The notes: generated from the sequence alone by a model not told the origin. Positions 29,394-42,694 are shown, counted from the first letter of the stretch. The stretch: DNA of 64,000 bases from Polaromonas sp. (GCA_004293655.1 RDZZ01000043.1:10235-74234); one strand, 5' to 3'. Made by a program: numbers and translations.

Positions 29394-31499
29394 ATGAGCA
29401 TTTTTAACAAAGTTACAAAGACCTTCCAGTGGGGCCAGCACAAGGTCACGATGGAAACTGGCGAAGTTGCGCGCCAATCGAGTGGTGCGGTGATGCTGGA
29501 CATGGACGGCACGGTCGTTCTGGCAACTGTCGTTGCAAAGCCCGATGCCAAGCCGGGTCAGGATTTTTTCCCGTTGACTGTTGACTATCTCGAAAAAACT
29601 TATGCAGCTGGCCGCATTCCTGGCAGCTTCTTCAAGCGCGAAGGTCGCCCCAGCGAGTTTGAAACGCTGACATCTCGCCTGATTGATCGCCCGATTCGCC
29701 CGCTGTTTCCAGAGGGCTTCTTCAATGAAGTGCAGGTGGTCATTCACGTGCTGTCGCTCAACCCTGAGGTCGAGGGCGATATTCCTGCGCTGATTGCGTC
29801 AAGTGCTGCACTGGCAGTTTCTGGCATTCCTTTCAATGGACCCATTGGCGCTGCACGTGTGGCTTACATTGACGGCCAGTACGTGCTGAATCCGGGTAAG
29901 ACCCAGTTAAAAGACTCCAAAATGGATCTGGTTGTCGCGGGTACTGAGGCCGCTGTGCTGATGGTGGAGTCTGAAGCCCAGCAGCTGTCTGAAGAAATCA
30001 TGCTGGCCGCCATCGTGTTTGGTCACGAGCAAGGCAATATTGCTATCAATGCCATCCACGAACTTGTTCGCGATGCAGGCAAACCCGTCTGGGACTGGAA
30101 GGCACCTGCCAAGGATGACGTGCTGATCGCCAAAGTCGGAGAGCTGGCCAAAGAAAAGTTGGTATCTGCCTACCAGATCAGGGACAAGCAGGCACGCACC
30201 CGTGCCACCCGAGAAGTCACCACTTCCACCAAAGCGAGTTTGAAGGCTGAAGGCATTGAGTTCGACGGCGTAGCCGTTGACGGGATGCTATTTGACATCG
30301 AAGCCAAAATAGTCCGTAGCCAGATTCTGGCAGGCGAGCCGCGTATTGACGGTCGTGATACACGCACCGTGCGCGCCATTGAGATCAGGAACAGCGTACT
30401 GCCACGCACACATGGTTCCGTGTTGTTTACGCGCGGTGAAACCCAGGCGTTGGTGGTAACCACGCTAGGTACTGAGCGCGATGCCCAGCGGATTGATGCC
30501 TTGAGCGGTGACTACGAAGACCGCTTCATGCTGCACTACAACATGCCGCCATTTGCCACTGGCGAAACAGGCCGTGTCGGTTCACCAAAACGCCGCGAAA
30601 TCGGCCATGGGCGGCTTGCCAAGCGTGCGCTGATTGCTGCATTGCCCTCAAAAGAAGAATTTCCTTACACAATGCGCGTCGTCAGTGAAATCACGGAATC
30701 CAATGGCTCGTCTTCCATGGCGTCGGTTTGTGGCGGCTGCCTGAGTCTGATGGATGCTGGCGTACCTATGAAAGCTCATGTAGCGGGTATCGCCATGGGC
30801 CTGATCAAGGAAGACAACCGCTTTGCCGTGCTGACCGATATTCTGGGTGATGAAGATCATCTGGGTGACATGGATTTCAAGGTGGCAGGCACAACGTTTG
30901 GTATCACCGCCCTGCAGATGGACATCAAAATTCAGGGCATCACCAAGGAAATCATGCAGGTCGCACTGGCCCAAGCTAAAGAAGCGCGTATGCACATCCT
31001 CGGTAAGATGCAAGAGGCCATGGGTTCAGCTAAAACAGAAGTGTCTGATTTCGCCCCGCGCCTGTATGTGATGAAGATCAACCCCGAAAAAATCCGTGAT
31101 GTGATCGGCAAGGGCGGAGCTGTGATTCGTGCGCTGACTGAGGAAACCGGCACACAGATCAATATTGAAGAAGATGGCACCATCACGATTGCCTCGAACG
31201 ACAGCGCCAAGGCAGACGAGGCCAAGCGCCGCATTGCCGAGATCACGGCTGAGGTCGAAATCGGTAAGACTTATGAGGGCCCAGTCACCAAGGTTCTGGA
31301 TTTCGGCGCACTGATTAACTTGTTGCCTGGCAAAGATGGTTTGCTACACATCAGCCAGATTGCCCATGAGCGTGTTGAGCGTGTGTCCGACTATCTCAAG
31401 GAGGGTCAGATCGTCAAAGTCAAGGTCATGGAAACTGACGAAAAAGGCCGCGTCAAGCTGTCCATGAAGGCACTTCTGGATCGCCCGGTACAAAATTAA
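29394..31499 (+). CDS. pnp: Polyribonucleotide nucleotidyltransferase (PNPase)
   Basis: [34 protein letters not shown] and S1 domains. Confidence 0.98.
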   Translation: MSIFNKVTKTFQWGQHKVTMETGEVARQSSGAVMLDMDGTVVLATVVAKPDAKPGQDFFPLTVDYLEKTYAAGRIPGSFFKREGRPSEFETLTSRLIDRPIRPLFPEGFFNEVQVVIHVLSLNPEVEGDIPALIASSAALAVSGIPFNGPIGAARVAYIDGQYVLNPGKTQLKDSKMDLVVAGTEAAVLMVESEAQQLSEEIMLAAIVFGHEQGNIAINAIHELVRDAGKPVWDWKAPAKDDVLIAKVGELAKEKLVSAYQIRDKQARTRATREVTTSTKASLKAEGIEFDGVAVDGMLFDIEAKIVRSQILAGEPRIDGRDTRTVRAIEIRNSVLPRTHGSVLFTRGETQALVVTTLGTERDAQRIDALSGDYEDRFMLHYNMPPFATGETGRVGSPKRREIGHGRLAKRALIAALPSKEEFPYTMRVVSEITESNGSSSMASVCGGCLSLMDAGVPMKAHVAGIAMGLIKEDNRFAVLTDILGDEDHLGDMDFKVAGTTFGITALQMDIKIQGITKEIMQVALAQAKEARMHILGKMQEAMGSAKTEVSDFAPRLYVMKINPEKIRDVIGKGGAVIRALTEETGTQINIEEDGTITIASNDSAKADEAKRRIAEITAEVEIGKTYEGPVTKVLDFGALINLLPGKDGLLHISQIAHERVERVSDYLKEGQIVKVKVMETDEKGRVKLSMKALLDRPVQN

Positions 31500-31555
31500 G
31501 GTGCTGGCTGTGACTGTGCTCGATTCTGAATCATAAAGATTGACGCACCTTGTTT

Positions 31556-31619
31556 GCTATTAATTTTATAGCGTTTAGTCTTTGTCCTGCGTGCGCTAGA
31601 GCCATAAACCATACAAAAT
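31556..31619. repeat. GCT-N11-AGC dispersed repeat (intergenic)
   Basis: gctattaattttatagc-gtttagtctttgtcctgcgtgcgctagagccataaa. Confidence 0.6.
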
Positions 31620-31622
31620 AAA

Positions 31623-32609
31623 ATGAGAGCTGTTGAAATCACGTCGTTTGGTGCACCAAGCGTGCTGTGTCTAGGGTTGCGCCCGGTGCCTGCGCCTAGC
31701 GCAGGCGAGGTGCTCATTCGGGTGAGTGCCAGTGGCGTTAATCGGCCTGATGTGTTGCAGCGAATGGGGAGCTACCCGGTGCCACCCGGCGCATCAGATA
31801 TTCCAGGGCTGGAAGTTGCCGGTGTGATTGTTCAAGGCGATTTGGCGACGATGGTTGAGGCTGGTTTCAAAATAGGTGACCGTGTCTGCGCATTGGTCGC
31901 AGGCGGCGGATATGCGGAGCTATGTACGGCACCTATCGATCAGTGTTTGCCAATCCCCCAAGGATTGAGCGATGTTGAAGCGGCGTCCTTGCCTGAAACT
32001 TTCTTCACTGTTTGGAGCAATGTTTTCGAGCGTGCGCATCTACTGGCAGGCGAGACACTGTTGATTCAGGGCGGCTCCAGCGGGATTGGGGTTGCTGCCA
32101 TTCAAATCGCCAAGGCACTGGGTGCCACAGTCATCGTGACTGCCGGTAGCGATGAAAAATGTACTGCTTGTATAGAATTGGGTGCTGATCACGCCATCAA
32201 TTACAAGACGACTGATTTTGTTGAAGAGGTAAAGAATTTGACCCATGGAAAAGGTGTCAACGTCATTCTGGATATGGTGGCTGGCAGCTACGTAGCGCGC
32301 GAGATTGAATGCCTTGCTGATGATGGTCGGCTGGCTATCATTGCAGTACAAGGCGGTGTCAAGGCAGAAATCAATGCTGGTTTGGTGCTGCGTAAGCGCT
32401 TGACCATCACAGGCTCGACTCTGCGTCCGCGCTCACTTGATTTCAAGGCGGCGATTGCCAAGACGTTGAAGAAGAAGATCTGGCCCCTGATTGCCAACGG
32501 CGCTGTCAAACCCGTGATTCACACCACCTTTGCTGCTGCCGATGCATCCAAAGCACATGCGCTGATGGAGTCTAATCAGCATGTTGGCAAGATCGTCTTG
32601 ACTTGGTGA
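31623..32609 (+). CDS. NAD(P)H-quinone oxidoreductase, PIG3 family
   Basis: GVNRPDVLQR.G.YP, PGLEVAG, LPETFFTVWSN, GGSSGIG, TGSTLR.R. Confidence 0.93.
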   Translation: MRAVEITSFGAPSVLCLGLRPVPAPSAGEVLIRVSASGVNRPDVLQRMGSYPVPPGASDIPGLEVAGVIVQGDLATMVEAGFKIGDRVCALVAGGGYAELCTAPIDQCLPIPQGLSDVEAASLPETFFTVWSNVFERAHLLAGETLLIQGGSSGIGVAAIQIAKALGATVIVTAGSDEKCTACIELGADHAINYKTTDFVEEVKNLTHGKGVNVILDMVAGSYVAREIECLADDGRLAIIAVQGGVKAEINAGLVLRKRLTITGSTLRPRSLDFKAAIAKTLKKKIWPLIANGAVKPVIHTTFAAADASKAHALMESNQHVGKIVLTW

Positions 32610-32621
32610 GCGTTGACGAAC

Positions 32622-33377
32622 ATGAAAAAATTGATTGCAGGAAACTGGAAAATGAATGGTAGCCTCGCTACCAACGAGGCTTTGTTAAATGCACTGGCAC
32701 AGGGTCTGACCGTGGAGCCTGCTTGTGACGTAGCGGTCTGTGTACCCGCCCCCTATCTGGCACAAGTGCTGGCTTTGAGAGCTGTCAATTCCCACCTGTC
32801 GGTGCTAGAGATAGGTGCACAAGATGTATCCAGGCATACGGCGGGTGCCTATACGGGCGAAGTTAGCGCCACCATGCTCAAAGATCTGGGTTGCCGTTAT
32901 GCGATAGTAGGCCATTCAGAGCGCCGTCAGCACCATGCTGAAGCAGACACACTGGTCGCAGACAAAGTCAGAGCTGCATTAGCCTCGGGGATCACGCCCA
33001 TTGTGTGTATTGGGGAGTCGCTGGATGAACGTGAGGCTGGGTCAACACACGAAGTAGTCAAACGTCAGCTCGCAGCGGTGATTCATGCCAACGGACACTG
33101 CATCAGCGAAATAGTCGTTGCGTATGAGCCAGTCTGGGCTATCGGCACTGGGAAAACAGCAACACCTGACGAGGCGCAAGCAGTCCATGCTGTCTTGCGT
33201 GCTCAACTCAGAGCTGCGACAGAACATTTTGCAGATATAAAAATACTGTATGGCGGCAGTATGAATGCAGTCAATGCAGCAACACTTCTGGCTCAGCCAG
33301 ATATTGATGGTGGTCTGATCGGTGGGGCATCGCTCAAAGCAGCAGATTTTTTAAGCATCATTGCCGCAACCCGATAA
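32622..33377 (+). CDS. tpiA: Triosephosphate isomerase
   Basis: [39 protein letters not shown]. Confidence 0.98.
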   Translation: MKKLIAGNWKMNGSLATNEALLNALAQGLTVEPACDVAVCVPAPYLAQVLALRAVNSHLSVLEIGAQDVSRHTAGAYTGEVSATMLKDLGCRYAIVGHSERRQHHAEADTLVADKVRAALASGITPIVCIGESLDEREAGSTHEVVKRQLAAVIHANGHCISEIVVAYEPVWAIGTGKTATPDEAQAVHAVLRAQLRAATEHFADIKILYGGSMNAVNAATLLAQPDIDGGLIGGASLKAADFLSIIAATR

Positions 33378-33441
33378 GCACGGGTAGATCAAAAAATACT
33401 CAATCGTACAATTTCTTACAAGTATCCTTTCAGGAGTAAAA

Positions 33442-33858
33442 ATGAATATAGTTTTAACCATCGTTCTTACCGTACAGCTGTTGACGGCCTTGGGGATGAT
33501 TGGCCTTATTTTGGTTCAGCACGGCAAAGGCGCAGATATGGGCGCTGCTTTCGGTAGTGGCGGTTCTGGAAGCTTGTTTGGAGCTAGCGGTAGCGCTAAT
33601 TTTTTATCTCGTACGACGGGGATTCTGGCTGCTGTATTTTTTGTTTGTACGTTGGCACTGGCATACTTGGGTAACGCACAACCTCGCGCTAGCTCCAGTG
33701 TTCTTGAAGGCGCGGCTGCCACTGTGAAGGCACCTGCAGTAGCAGCCTCTGGCGCTGCACAGATACCTTCAACATCGCTGCCTGCCTTGGGTGGTGCGAC
33801 AACAGTTGTTCCCGCTGCTCCTTCTGCATCTGGTGCTGGACAAATCCCTGCGAAATAA
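33442..33858 (+). CDS. secG: Preprotein translocase subunit SecG
   Basis: LVQHGKGADMGAAFGSG.SGSLFGASG..NFLSRTT. Confidence 0.97.
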   Translation: MNIVLTIVLTVQLLTALGMIGLILVQHGKGADMGAAFGSGGSGSLFGASGSANFLSRTTGILAAVFFVCTLALAYLGNAQPRASSSVLEGAAATVKAPAVAASGAAQIPSTSLPALGGATTVVPAAPSASGAGQIPAK

Positions 33859-33972
33859 GCCGATCAACCTGTTGGTCATTCACGGGAACATCAGGTTTTC
33901 GGGGTAAACTCTGATGTATCAGGTAAGTAAATAATTACAAGATGCCCTCACGCTATCCTGATACAAAAAACT

Positions 33973-34057
33973 GCGGACGTGGTGAAATTGGTAGACACGC
34001 TATCTTGAGGGGGTAGTGCCGAAAGGTGTGCGAGTTCGAGTCTCGCCGTCCGCACCA
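33973..34057 (+). tRNA. tRNA-Leu (GAG)
   Basis: gcggacg/cgtccgc acceptor stem, anticodon arm ctatc-ttGAGgg-ggtag, long variable arm, gttcga T-loop, encoded CCA; 85 nt. Confidence 0.97.
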
Positions 34058-34141
34058 AGTGAAAATTCTGTAGTTGCTTTCTTGCAAAGTAATCGCAGCA
34101 GCAAACTGACCCTAGCCGTCATTGCTTAAGTTGACTCTACG

Positions 34142-34501
34142 ATGAACCTCGACCAATACCTCCCCGTTCTCCTATTCATTTTGGTGGGTGTAGGCGTAGG
34201 TGTCGCGCCTCAAGTATTAGGTCGCTTACTAGGTCCAGTGCGCCCAGATGCAGAAAAAAATTCTCCTTATGAGTGTGGTTTCGAGGCATTCGAAGATGCT
34301 CGTATGAAATTCGATGTACGCTATTACTTAGTAGCAATACTTTTCATACTTTTCGATCTAGAGATTGCTTTCCTATTCCCTTGGGCTGTTGCACTCAAAG
34401 ATGTAGGTGCAGTGGGTTTCTGGGCAGTCATGATCTTCTTGAGTATTCTCATCGTAGGATTTATCTACGAGTGGAAAAAAGGTGCACTGGATTGGGAATA
34501 A
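34142..34501 (+). CDS. nuoA: NADH-quinone oxidoreductase subunit A
   Basis: [25 protein letters not shown]. Confidence 0.97.
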   Translation: MNLDQYLPVLLFILVGVGVGVAPQVLGRLLGPVRPDAEKNSPYECGFEAFEDARMKFDVRYYLVAILFILFDLEIAFLFPWAVALKDVGAVGFWAVMIFLSILIVGFIYEWKKGALDWE

Positions 34502-34540
34502 AAATCAAATTCTCGGGAGTTTTGCGACAAAGGCATGATT

Positions 34541-35020
34541 ATGTCACTTGAAGGTGTTTTTAATGAAGGTTTTATGACCACGAGTTATGACTCGGTGGTC
34601 AACTGGGCTAAAACCGGCTCACTTTGGCCAATGACATTCGGTTTGGCGTGTTGTGCTGTAGAAATGATGCATGCAGGCGCTGCACGCTACGACCTTGACC
34701 GTTTCGGCATGTTGTTTCGTCCCAGCCCACGCCAGTCCGACCTCATGATTGTGGCTGGCACGCTATGTAACAAAATGGGGCCAGCACTTCGCAAGGTGTA
34801 CGACCAGATGTCTGAGCCGCGTTGGGTGTTGTCTATGGGTTCTTGTGCTAACGGTGGCGGTTACTACCACTATAGTTATTCAGTGGTTCGCGGCTGTGAT
34901 CGAATTGTTCCGGTGGATGTTTACGTGCCTGGTTGTCCGCCTACAGCAGAAGCGTTGATGTACGGAATCATTCAGCTGCAACAAAAAATCCGTCGTACCA
35001 ATACGATTGCGAGGGCTTGA
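34541..35020 (+). CDS. nuoB: NADH-quinone oxidoreductase subunit B
   Basis: [19 protein letters not shown]. Confidence 0.97.
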   Translation: MSLEGVFNEGFMTTSYDSVVNWAKTGSLWPMTFGLACCAVEMMHAGAARYDLDRFGMLFRPSPRQSDLMIVAGTLCNKMGPALRKVYDQMSEPRWVLSMGSCANGGGYYHYSYSVVRGCDRIVPVDVYVPGCPPTAEALMYGIIQLQQKIRRTNTIARA

Positions 35021-35631
35021 TGTTGTCGGTTCTTCCTGTTTCTGTCCAACAGCTTGGCAAAACTGTGGCATCGGTGTTGGGTGATAAGGTCAAAAATCTG
35101 AAGATTGCGTTTGGGGAACTCACGATTACAGTGGCTGCCTCAGATTACCTCGCTGTAGCTGTACTCTTGCGCGATATCGAAGGGTGCAAATTTGAGCAAC
35201 TGGTCGACTTGTGTGGTCTTGATTATTCTGAATATAAAGACGGTCAACATGACGGACTGCGTTTCTGTGTTACTTCCCACTTGCTCTCGGTAAGCCTGAA
35301 CCAGCGCGTACGTTTGAAAGTTTTTTGTCCAGATGATGATTTTCCGGTGGTCGACTCGCTTAACGACGTGTGGAATTCAGCCAATTGGTTTGAGCGGGAA
35401 GCATTTGACCTGTTCGGCATTATTTTCGAAGGTCATAACGATCTGCGTCGCATCCTGACAGACTACGGCTTCATCGGCCATCCTTTCCGAAAAGATTTCC
35501 CCACCACTGGCCATGTGGAAATGCGTTATGACCCTGAGCAAAGACGTGTGATTTATCAGCCGGTAACCATTGAGCCGCGTGAGATCACGCCTCGCGTTAT
35601 ACGTGAAAATAGTTACGGCAACCCTGTTTAA
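35020..35631 (+). CDS. nuoC: NADH-quinone oxidoreductase subunit C
   Basis: [37 protein letters not shown]; TGATG overlap with nuoB. Confidence 0.96.
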   Translation: MLSVLPVSVQQLGKTVASVLGDKVKNLKIAFGELTITVAASDYLAVAVLLRDIEGCKFEQLVDLCGLDYSEYKDGQHDGLRFCVTSHLLSVSLNQRVRLKVFCPDDDFPVVDSLNDVWNSANWFEREAFDLFGIIFEGHNDLRRILTDYGFIGHPFRKDFPTTGHVEMRYDPEQRRVIYQPVTIEPREITPRVIRENSYGNPV

Positions 35632-35655
35632 GGCTGCCAAGTAGAAAGGCATGAC

Positions 35656-36909
35656 ATGGCTGAAATCAAAAACTACACGCTTAACTTTGGGCCACAGCAC
35701 CCGGCGGCACATGGCGTTTTGCGCTTAGTACTTGAGCTTGACGGCGAAGTTATTCAGCGGGCAGACCCACACATCGGGTTGTTGCACCGCGCTACTGAAA
35801 AACTTGCCGAAAGTAAAACCTATATTCAGTCGTTACCGTATATGGATCGCCTCGATTATGTGTCGATGATGTCCAATGAGCAAGCCTACTGTCTGGCGAT
35901 TGAGAAGTTGTTAGGCGTTACCGTACCTGTTCGTGCCCAATATATTCGCGTCATGTATGCAGAGATCACCCGCCTGCTTAACCATTTACTGTGGTTGGGC
36001 GCACATGGTTTTGACTGCGGTGCAATGAACATTTTGATTTATTGCTTCCGCGAACGTGAGTCGCTGTTTGACATGTATGAAGCGGTATCAGGCGCGCGCA
36101 TGCATGCTGCGTATTTTCGTCCAGGTGGCGTGTACCGCGACTTGCCTGAAACCATGCCACAGTATCGTGTGAGTAAGGTAAAAAATGCAAAAGCGATTCA
36201 AGTTCTCAATGAAAACCGTCAAGGCTCCTTGCTCGACTTTATTGAAGATTTTTGCCATAAGTTTCCAGGCTATGTGGACGAATATGAGACATTGCTGACT
36301 GATAACCGTATTTGGAAGCAACGTACGGTTGGCGTAGGGGTAGTGGCGCCAGAGCGTGCATTGGCTTTAGGTTTTACGGGACCCATGTTGCGCGGATCAG
36401 GTTTTGCTTGGGATCTGCGTAAACAACAGCCCTATGACGTTTATGCGAGTATGGACTTCGACATTCCTGTTGGTAAAACTGGGGATTGTTATGACCGTTA
36501 CCTGGTTCGTATTGAAGAAATGCGTCAGTCCAATCGCATCATCAAACAATGTATTGACTGGCTGCGTGTCAATCCTGGTCCAGTGATCACCGCCAACCAT
36601 AAAGTGGCACCACCTGACCGCGAATCCATGAAGTCTAATATGGAAGAGTTGATTCACCACTTCAAACTTTTCACCGAAGGTTTTCACGTGCCTGAAGGTG
36701 AAGCTTATGCTGCCGTCGAACACCCCAAGGGAGAATTCGGCATTTATATTGTCAGCGATGGTGCCAATAAGCCTTACCGCTTGAAAATTCGTCCCCCAGG
36801 CTTTTCACATTTGGCTGCCATGGACGAAATGTCCCGTGGTCACATGATCGCTGATGCTGTTGCCGTGATTGGCACCATGGACATCGTATTTGGTGAAATT
36901 GATCGTTGA
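35656..36909 (+). CDS. nuoD: NADH-quinone oxidoreductase subunit D
   Basis: [24 protein letters not shown]. Confidence 0.98.
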   Translation: MAEIKNYTLNFGPQHPAAHGVLRLVLELDGEVIQRADPHIGLLHRATEKLAESKTYIQSLPYMDRLDYVSMMSNEQAYCLAIEKLLGVTVPVRAQYIRVMYAEITRLLNHLLWLGAHGFDCGAMNILIYCFRERESLFDMYEAVSGARMHAAYFRPGGVYRDLPETMPQYRVSKVKNAKAIQVLNENRQGSLLDFIEDFCHKFPGYVDEYETLLTDNRIWKQRTVGVGVVAPERALALGFTGPMLRGSGFAWDLRKQQPYDVYASMDFDIPVGKTGDCYDRYLVRIEEMRQSNRIIKQCIDWLRVNPGPVITANHKVAPPDRESMKSNMEELIHHFKLFTEGFHVPEGEAYAAVEHPKGEFGIYIVSDGANKPYRLKIRPPGFSHLAAMDEMSRGHMIADAVAVIGTMDIVFGEIDR

Positions 36910-36924
36910 AAGTACCCGTTTTTC

Positions 36925-37413
36925 ATGATTTCTGAACAAGCCAGAATGCGATTTGATCGCGAAGTCGCCAAGTACCCAGCCAATGCAAAGCAATCTGCGG
37001 TGATGGCCTGTTTGACCATCGTGCAGGAAGAGTTGGGTTTTATCAGTGCTGAGAGTGAAAGAATGGTAGCTGAGTATTTAGATATGGCTCCGATTGCTGT
37101 GCATGAAGTTACCACGTTCTACAACATGTACAACCAGCATCCTGTTGGCAAGTACAAACTCAACATCTGTACCAACTTGCCCTGTCAACTACGTGATGGC
37201 GTCAAGGCACTCAGGCATCTGGAACACAAATTAGGTATCTCGATGGGCGAAACCACTGCTGATGGTATGTTCACACTGCAGCAGTCAGAATGCATGGGAG
37301 CATGCGCCGATTCTCCTGTGATGCTGGTCAACGACCTGACGATGTGCAGCTTTATGAGCAACGAAAAATTGGACCAACTCATCGCTGGTCTGCAATCTGT
37401 TGAGACAAAGTGA
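36925..37413 (+). CDS. nuoE: NADH-quinone oxidoreductase subunit E
   Basis: CTNLPC and ECMGAC 2Fe-2S ligands. Confidence 0.96.
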   Translation: MISEQARMRFDREVAKYPANAKQSAVMACLTIVQEELGFISAESERMVAEYLDMAPIAVHEVTTFYNMYNQHPVGKYKLNICTNLPCQLRDGVKALRHLEHKLGISMGETTADGMFTLQQSECMGACADSPVMLVNDLTMCSFMSNEKLDQLIAGLQSVETK

Positions 37414-38810
37414 CTATGATGATTTCCAAAAATACGGGCATAAGTGCTGCTGCCAAAAGCGTGTTGTCGCAATTTGCTGCTACAGGTGTGCAGAGCTGTT
37501 TCCATGGTCGTCACATTCATCCACAAATTCTGGCCGACCTGAATGGCAGTAATTGGCGCTTGAAAGACTACGAGTCGCGCGGCGGCTACAGGGCATTGAG
37601 AAAAATATTGGCTCAAGGCGATGGCCTGGGCATGACACCTGATCAGGTAATTGCCGATGTCAAGCTCGGTGGCCTGCGTGGTCGCGGTGGCGCAGGGTTC
37701 CCGACGGGTCTGAAGTGGAGCTTCATGCCTCGCCAATTTCCTGGCCAAAAGTACTTGGTTTGCAATTCGGATGAAGGCGAGCCAGGTACATGCAAGGATC
37801 GTGACATCATGCAGTTCAATCCGCATAGTGTGATCGAAGGTATGGCAATTGCAGCTTATGCTATGGGCATTACAGTTGGCTACAACTATATTCATGGCGA
37901 GATTTTTGCAACCTACCAGCGTTTTGAAGAGGCACTCGAAGAGGCTCGTGGTGCAGGTTTGCTGGGCAAGAATATACTAGGCAGCAATTTTAGTTTCCAG
38001 CTGCATGCGTCACACGGCTTTGGTGCTTATATTTGCGGTGAAGAAACCGCCTTGCTGGAATCACTTGAAGGAAAAAAAGGTCAACCACGCTTCAAACCGC
38101 CGTTCCCGGCAAGCTTTGGCTTGTACGGTAAACCCACTACCATTAATAACACTGAAACTTTTGCTGCCGTTCCTTGGATCATTCGTAACGGTGGACAAGC
38201 CTATCTAGAGTGCGGTAAGCCCAACAACGGTGGCACTAAAATTTACTCGGTATCAGGGGATGTAGAGCTACCTGGTAATTACGAAGTACCCATGGGTACA
38301 CCCTTCGCTAAACTGCTTGAGTTGGCAGGCGGTGTGCGCGAGGGCCGCACGCTCAAAGCAGTGATCCCCGGGGGCTCCTCCTCACCGGTTCTCCCTGCAT
38401 CCATCATGATGGAATGCACCATGGACTATGACTCGATTGCCAAAGCTGGTTCGATGTTGGGTTCCGGTGCCGTGATTGTGCTGGATGACACACGTTGCAT
38501 GGTTGAGTCGCTCAAGCGTTTGTCATATTTTTATATGCATGAGTCCTGCGGCCAATGTACGCCCTGCCGTGAAGGGACGGGCTGGCTTTGGCGTATTGTG
38601 GATCGCATCCACACTGGACATGGTAAGCAGACTGATATGGATCTATTGAATTCAATCGCTGACAATATCCAGGGGCGTACCATTTGCGCCCTAGGCGATG
38701 CATCTGCCATGCCAGTGCGCGCCATGATCAAGCATTTCCGTCACGAGTTCGAAGCCATGATTCCATCAAAGGCGTCTCAGATTGATGTAGCCGCAGCTTC
38801 GCAGGTCTGA
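37410..38810 (+). CDS. nuoF: NADH-quinone oxidoreductase subunit F
   Basis: [34 protein letters not shown]. Confidence 0.97.
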   Translation: MTMMISKNTGISAAAKSVLSQFAATGVQSCFHGRHIHPQILADLNGSNWRLKDYESRGGYRALRKILAQGDGLGMTPDQVIADVKLGGLRGRGGAGFPTGLKWSFMPRQFPGQKYLVCNSDEGEPGTCKDRDIMQFNPHSVIEGMAIAAYAMGITVGYNYIHGEIFATYQRFEEALEEARGAGLLGKNILGSNFSFQLHASHGFGAYICGEETALLESLEGKKGQPRFKPPFPASFGLYGKPTTINNTETFAAVPWIIRNGGQAYLECGKPNNGGTKIYSVSGDVELPGNYEVPMGTPFAKLLELAGGVREGRTLKAVIPGGSSSPVLPASIMMECTMDYDSIAKAGSMLGSGAVIVLDDTRCMVESLKRLSYFYMHESCGQCTPCREGTGWLWRIVDRIHTGHGKQTDMDLLNSIADNIQGRTICALGDASAMPVRAMIKHFRHEFEAMIPSKASQIDVAAASQV

Positions 38811-38827
38811 TTGCGGAAAGAAGATAT

Positions 38828-40987
38828 ATGGTTGAAATACAACTCGACGGACAGAAAGTGGATGTGCTGGAGGGCAGCACCATCATGCATGCAGCCGAAA
38901 AAGCTGGAACTTACATCCCACACTTTTGCTACCATAAAAAACTGTCCATTGCTGCCAATTGCCGCATGTGCCTTGTAGATGTTGAAAAAGCGCCTAAACC
39001 CATGCCAGCTTGCGCCACACCTGTGACGCAAGGCATGATAGTTCATACCAAAAATGACAAAGCCATCAAAGCCCAGAAGGGCGTGATGGAGTTTTTGCTG
39101 ATCAATCACCCCCTGGATTGCCCGATTTGTGACCAAGGCGGTGAATGTCAACTGCAAGATCTAGCTGTTGGCTATGGCTCCAGCTCATCACGTTACGAAG
39201 AAGAAAAACGTGTTGTTCTTCACAAGGACGTTGGCCCACTGGTTTCCATGAGGGAAATGAGTCGATGTATCCACTGCACACGTTGCGTGCGTTTTGGTCA
39301 AGAGGTCGCTGGTGTGATGGAGCTGGGTATGTCCCACCGGGGTGAGCACGCAGAAATCGAAACGTTTGTTGGTATGTCAGTGGACTCCGAACTGTCGGGT
39401 AACATGATCGATATTTGCCCAGTTGGAGCTCTAACCAGCAAGCCGTTTCGCTACAGCGCCCGAACCTGGGAGCTATCTCGTCGTAAATCTGTGAGTCCGC
39501 ATGATTCAACGGGGGCCAACCTGATCATTCAAGTCAAGGCCAACAAGGTCATGCGTGTTGTGCCGTTGGAAAATGAAGACGTTAACGAATGCTGGCTTGC
39601 TGACCGTGACCGGTTTTCTTATGAAGCTCTAAACAGTCATGAACGTTTAACCAGTCCCATGCTCAAGCAAGGCGGCGAGTGGAAGGCAGTTGACTGGCAA
39701 ACTGCTCTTGAATATGTTGCCAACGGCTTCAAACAAATCAAGGCAGATCACGGCGCAAAAAGTATAGGCATGTTGGCCAGCCCGCACAGCACGCTTGAAG
39801 AGCTGTACCTGGCTACATCTCTCATGCGTGGCTTGGGTAGCCACAACGTTGACTACCGCCTGCGCAACGCAGAGTTCCAGACGGGTGCGGCGATTCGGTG
39901 GTTAGGCACCTCCATTGCTTCCCTGTCACAACTGCAATGCGTGTTGGTAGTTGGCTCCAATCTGCGTAAAGACCACCCTCTTTTTGCACAGCGTATACGT
40001 CAGGCGACTCGCAAAGGGTGCAGGTTGAATGTCATCAATTCACTGGGTGAGATGCACACTGCTGATGCATGGGCCATGCCTATTTCCAATTTGCTGGTCG
40101 CTGCACCCGACGCGTGGGCTCAATCGCTGGCAGACGTTGCTGCCGCCATTGCTACTGAAAAAAATGTATCTCCACCTGTTGCTGGCGAAGCGACTGAAGC
40201 TGCAAAAGTCATTGCCCTGTCACTGCTGACAGGTGATCGCAAAGCAGTTTTGCTCGGCAATGCTGCGGCTCACCATGTCAATGCTTCCAGTCTTTTGGTA
40301 CTCGCCAACTGGATTGGTGCGCAGACTGGTGCAACGGTTGGATATCTGACGGAGGCAGCCAATACAGTCGGAGCCCAGCTTGCAGGTGCCTTGCCTGGAA
40401 AAGACGGATTGAATGCAGATCAAATGCTCAATGGCGAACTCAAGGCCGTCATTTTGCTCAACAACGAGCCCGAGTTCGATTCAGCAATGGGTAGCAAGGC
40501 TTCGGCGGCGATCGACGCTGCCCAAATGGTCGTCACGCTTAGCCCCTTCAAGGCTAATATGGAGTTCAGCGATGTATTGCTGCCGATTGCTCCTTTTACC
40601 GAAACGCCTGGCACTTTTGTCAACGCAGAAGGCCGCGTACAAAGTTTTCACGCCGTTGTAAAACCCTTGGGCGATACTCGGCCAGCATGGAAAGTGCTTC
40701 GCGTACTGGCAAATTTATTAAGCTTGCCGGGCTTTGACTTTGAGTCTTCGCAGGATGTGCTCAGGCAAATTCCTGGCATTGACGCGTCGTACGTGTCGGC
40801 TGAAAAACTGGACAACGCTTGCAGTAGCACTATTACAGTTGCAAAGGGAGCCACCATGCCACCCGCTGTCGCAAGTATTTATCAGCTAGACAGTTTGGTC
40901 AGGCGCGCTTCATCTCTGCAATTGACTGCAGATGCGCGCTTTATTCAAACTGGTTCTGTTCCAAAGCTTGAGCAGGTTCTTGCATGA
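38828..40987 (+). CDS. nuoG: NADH-quinone oxidoreductase subunit G
   Basis: [33 protein letters not shown]. Confidence 0.97.
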   Translation: MVEIQLDGQKVDVLEGSTIMHAAEKAGTYIPHFCYHKKLSIAANCRMCLVDVEKAPKPMPACATPVTQGMIVHTKNDKAIKAQKGVMEFLLINHPLDCPICDQGGECQLQDLAVGYGSSSSRYEEEKRVVLHKDVGPLVSMREMSRCIHCTRCVRFGQEVAGVMELGMSHRGEHAEIETFVGMSVDSELSGNMIDICPVGALTSKPFRYSARTWELSRRKSVSPHDSTGANLIIQVKANKVMRVVPLENEDVNECWLADRDRFSYEALNSHERLTSPMLKQGGEWKAVDWQTALEYVANGFKQIKADHGAKSIGMLASPHSTLEELYLATSLMRGLGSHNVDYRLRNAEFQTGAAIRWLGTSIASLSQLQCVLVVGSNLRKDHPLFAQRIRQATRKGCRLNVINSLGEMHTADAWAMPISNLLVAAPDAWAQSLADVAAAIATEKNVSPPVAGEATEAAKVIALSLLTGDRKAVLLGNAAAHHVNASSLLVLANWIGAQTGATVGYLTEAANTVGAQLAGALPGKDGLNADQMLNGELKAVILLNNEPEFDSAMGSKASAAIDAAQMVVTLSPFKANMEFSDVLLPIAPFTETPGTFVNAEGRVQSFHAVVKPLGDTRPAWKVLRVLANLLSLPGFDFESSQDVLRQIPGIDASYVSAEKLDNACSSTITVAKGATMPPAVASIYQLDSLVRRASSLQLTADARFIQTGSVPKLEQVLA

Positions 40988-42057
40988 TTGATGCACTTCA
41001 CGCATTTGGCCAAGGACTGGCGGGCGGTATATGGCCAGGAACAGTATGGCCTGTGCTATGGACACTTATTAAAATCATCGGTGTATTGTTGCCGCTGATG
41101 GGTTGTGTCGCTTACCTCACACTTTGGGAGCGTAAGGCAATCGGTTTTACGCAAATTCGTATGGGACCCAACCGCGTAGGCCCACTCGGTTTACTGCAGC
41201 CGATCGCTGATGCTCTCAAACTGTTGACCAAAGAGATCATTATTCCAACTGCAGCCAGTAAGGGGCTTTTTGTTCTTGGTCCTATCATGACAATCATGCC
41301 TGCACTGGCAGCTTGGGCAGTCATACCTTTTGGTCCCGATATTGCACTGGCAAATATCAATGCCGGCTTGCTTTTCTTGATGGCAATTACTTCGCTGGAA
41401 GTTTATGGCGTGATTATTGCTGGCTGGGCATCAAATTCCAAGTATGCTTTTTTGGGAGCCATGCGCGCATCCGCCCAAATGGTGAGTTATGAAATCGCTA
41501 TGGGTTTTTGTCTGGTAGTTGTTTTAATGGTTTCAGGCAGCCTGAATATGACCGATATTGTGATGGGTCAAGGCAAGGGGGTGGCTGCAGATAATGGTAT
41601 GGGCATTCTGTCATGGAACTGGTTGCCACTGCTGCCAATTTTTGTTGTGTATTTTATCTCTGGTCTGGCTGAAACAAACAGACATCCGTTTGATGTGGTG
41701 GAGGGTGAATCTGAAATTGTTGCAGGTCACATGGTTGAGTATTCAGGCATGTCATTTGCTATGTTTTTTCTTGCTGAATATGCCAATATGTGGCTGGTCG
41801 CTATCTTGGCTGTATTGCTGTTTTTGGGTGGCTGGCTACCACCTTTTGAGTTTTTAAGTTTTATCCCTGGCTGGATTTGGCTGGGTGTCAAAACTTTTGT
41901 CATCGTCACTATGTTTCTCTGGGTGCGCGCAACCTTTCCACGCTTTCGCTATGACCAGATCATGCGACTTGGTTGGAAGATATTCATACCGGTGACGCTG
42001 GTCTGGCTGATTGTCGTTGGCGGCTGGATGCAGACCTCTTACAACATCTGGAAATAA
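40984..42057 (+). CDS. nuoH: NADH-quinone oxidoreductase subunit H
   Basis: [28 protein letters not shown]. Confidence 0.97.
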   Translation: MIDALHAFGQGLAGGIWPGTVWPVLWTLIKIIGVLLPLMGCVAYLTLWERKAIGFTQIRMGPNRVGPLGLLQPIADALKLLTKEIIIPTAASKGLFVLGPIMTIMPALAAWAVIPFGPDIALANINAGLLFLMAITSLEVYGVIIAGWASNSKYAFLGAMRASAQMVSYEIAMGFCLVVVLMVSGSLNMTDIVMGQGKGVAADNGMGILSWNWLPLLPIFVVYFISGLAETNRHPFDVVEGESEIVAGHMVEYSGMSFAMFFLAEYANMWLVAILAVLLFLGGWLPPFEFLSFIPGWIWLGVKTFVIVTMFLWVRATFPRFRYDQIMRLGWKIFIPVTLVWLIVVGGWMQTSYNIWK

Positions 42058-42059
42058 AA

Positions 42060-42160
42060 ATGACCCCCACGCTTTTCACTTTGTGCAATGCGCTGCCCCT
42101 CGAGGGGGCTGCTGCGCCTGCGGCCTGGCAGAGCCAGTTCCGCAGCCCCTGCTTGAAAAG
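42060..42160 (+). repeat. GC-rich palindromic (REP-like) insert between nuoH and nuoI
   Basis: Hairpins gcccctcgagggggc and gggctgc...tgcggcctggcagagccagttccgcagccc; GC-richer than the flanking nuo DNA; resembles a small Comamonadaceae repeat recalled from memory (single copy in this window). Confidence 0.55.
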
Positions 42161-42193
42161 AGCTCTCTCTGCAACTGAATTGCAGGGGCAATC

Positions 42194-42694
42194 ATGATGA
42201 GTGCTGTAGCCTCCCTCAAAGATTTTGCTTCGAGCTTTATGCTCACCGAACTGTTCAAGGGCATGGCCTTGACTGGCAAGTACATGTTCCGTCGCAAGAT
42301 CACAGTTCAGTTCCCTGAAGAAAAAACACCGCAAAGCCCACGCTTTCGTGGTCTGCATGCGCTGCGCCGTTATGAAAATGGTGAAGAGCGCTGTATTGCC
42401 TGCAAGTTATGTGAGGCTGTGTGCCCTGCGATGGCTATCAGCATTGAATCGGATGTACGTGAAGACGGCAGCCGCCGTACGTCGCGCTATGACATCGACT
42501 TGACCAAATGTATTTTTTGTGGATTTTGTGAGGAAAGCTGTCCAGTGGACTCTATTGTCGAAACACACATCTTCGAATACCACGGTGAAAAACGGGGCGA
42601 CTTGTACTTCACGAAAGACATGTTGCTGGCGGTTGGTGACCGCTATGAAACTGAAATTGCGGCTAATCGTGCGGCTGATGCAAAGTTTCGCTGA
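42194..42694 (+). CDS. nuoI: NADH-quinone oxidoreductase subunit I
   Basis: [12 protein letters not shown] and [12 protein letters not shown]. Confidence 0.97.
   Translation: MMSAVASLKDFASSFMLTELFKGMALTGKYMFRRKITVQFPEEKTPQSPRFRGLHALRRYENGEERCIACKLCEAVCPAMAISIESDVREDGSRRTSRYDIDLTKCIFCGFCEESCPVDSIVETHIFEYHGEKRGDLYFTKDMLLAVGDRYETEIAANRAADAKFR

Noticed and set aside
33973-34141. tRNA-Leu as a possible integration site
   Set aside because: No integrase and no duplicated tRNA 3' end seen; secG-tRNA-Leu-nuoA is the standard arrangement
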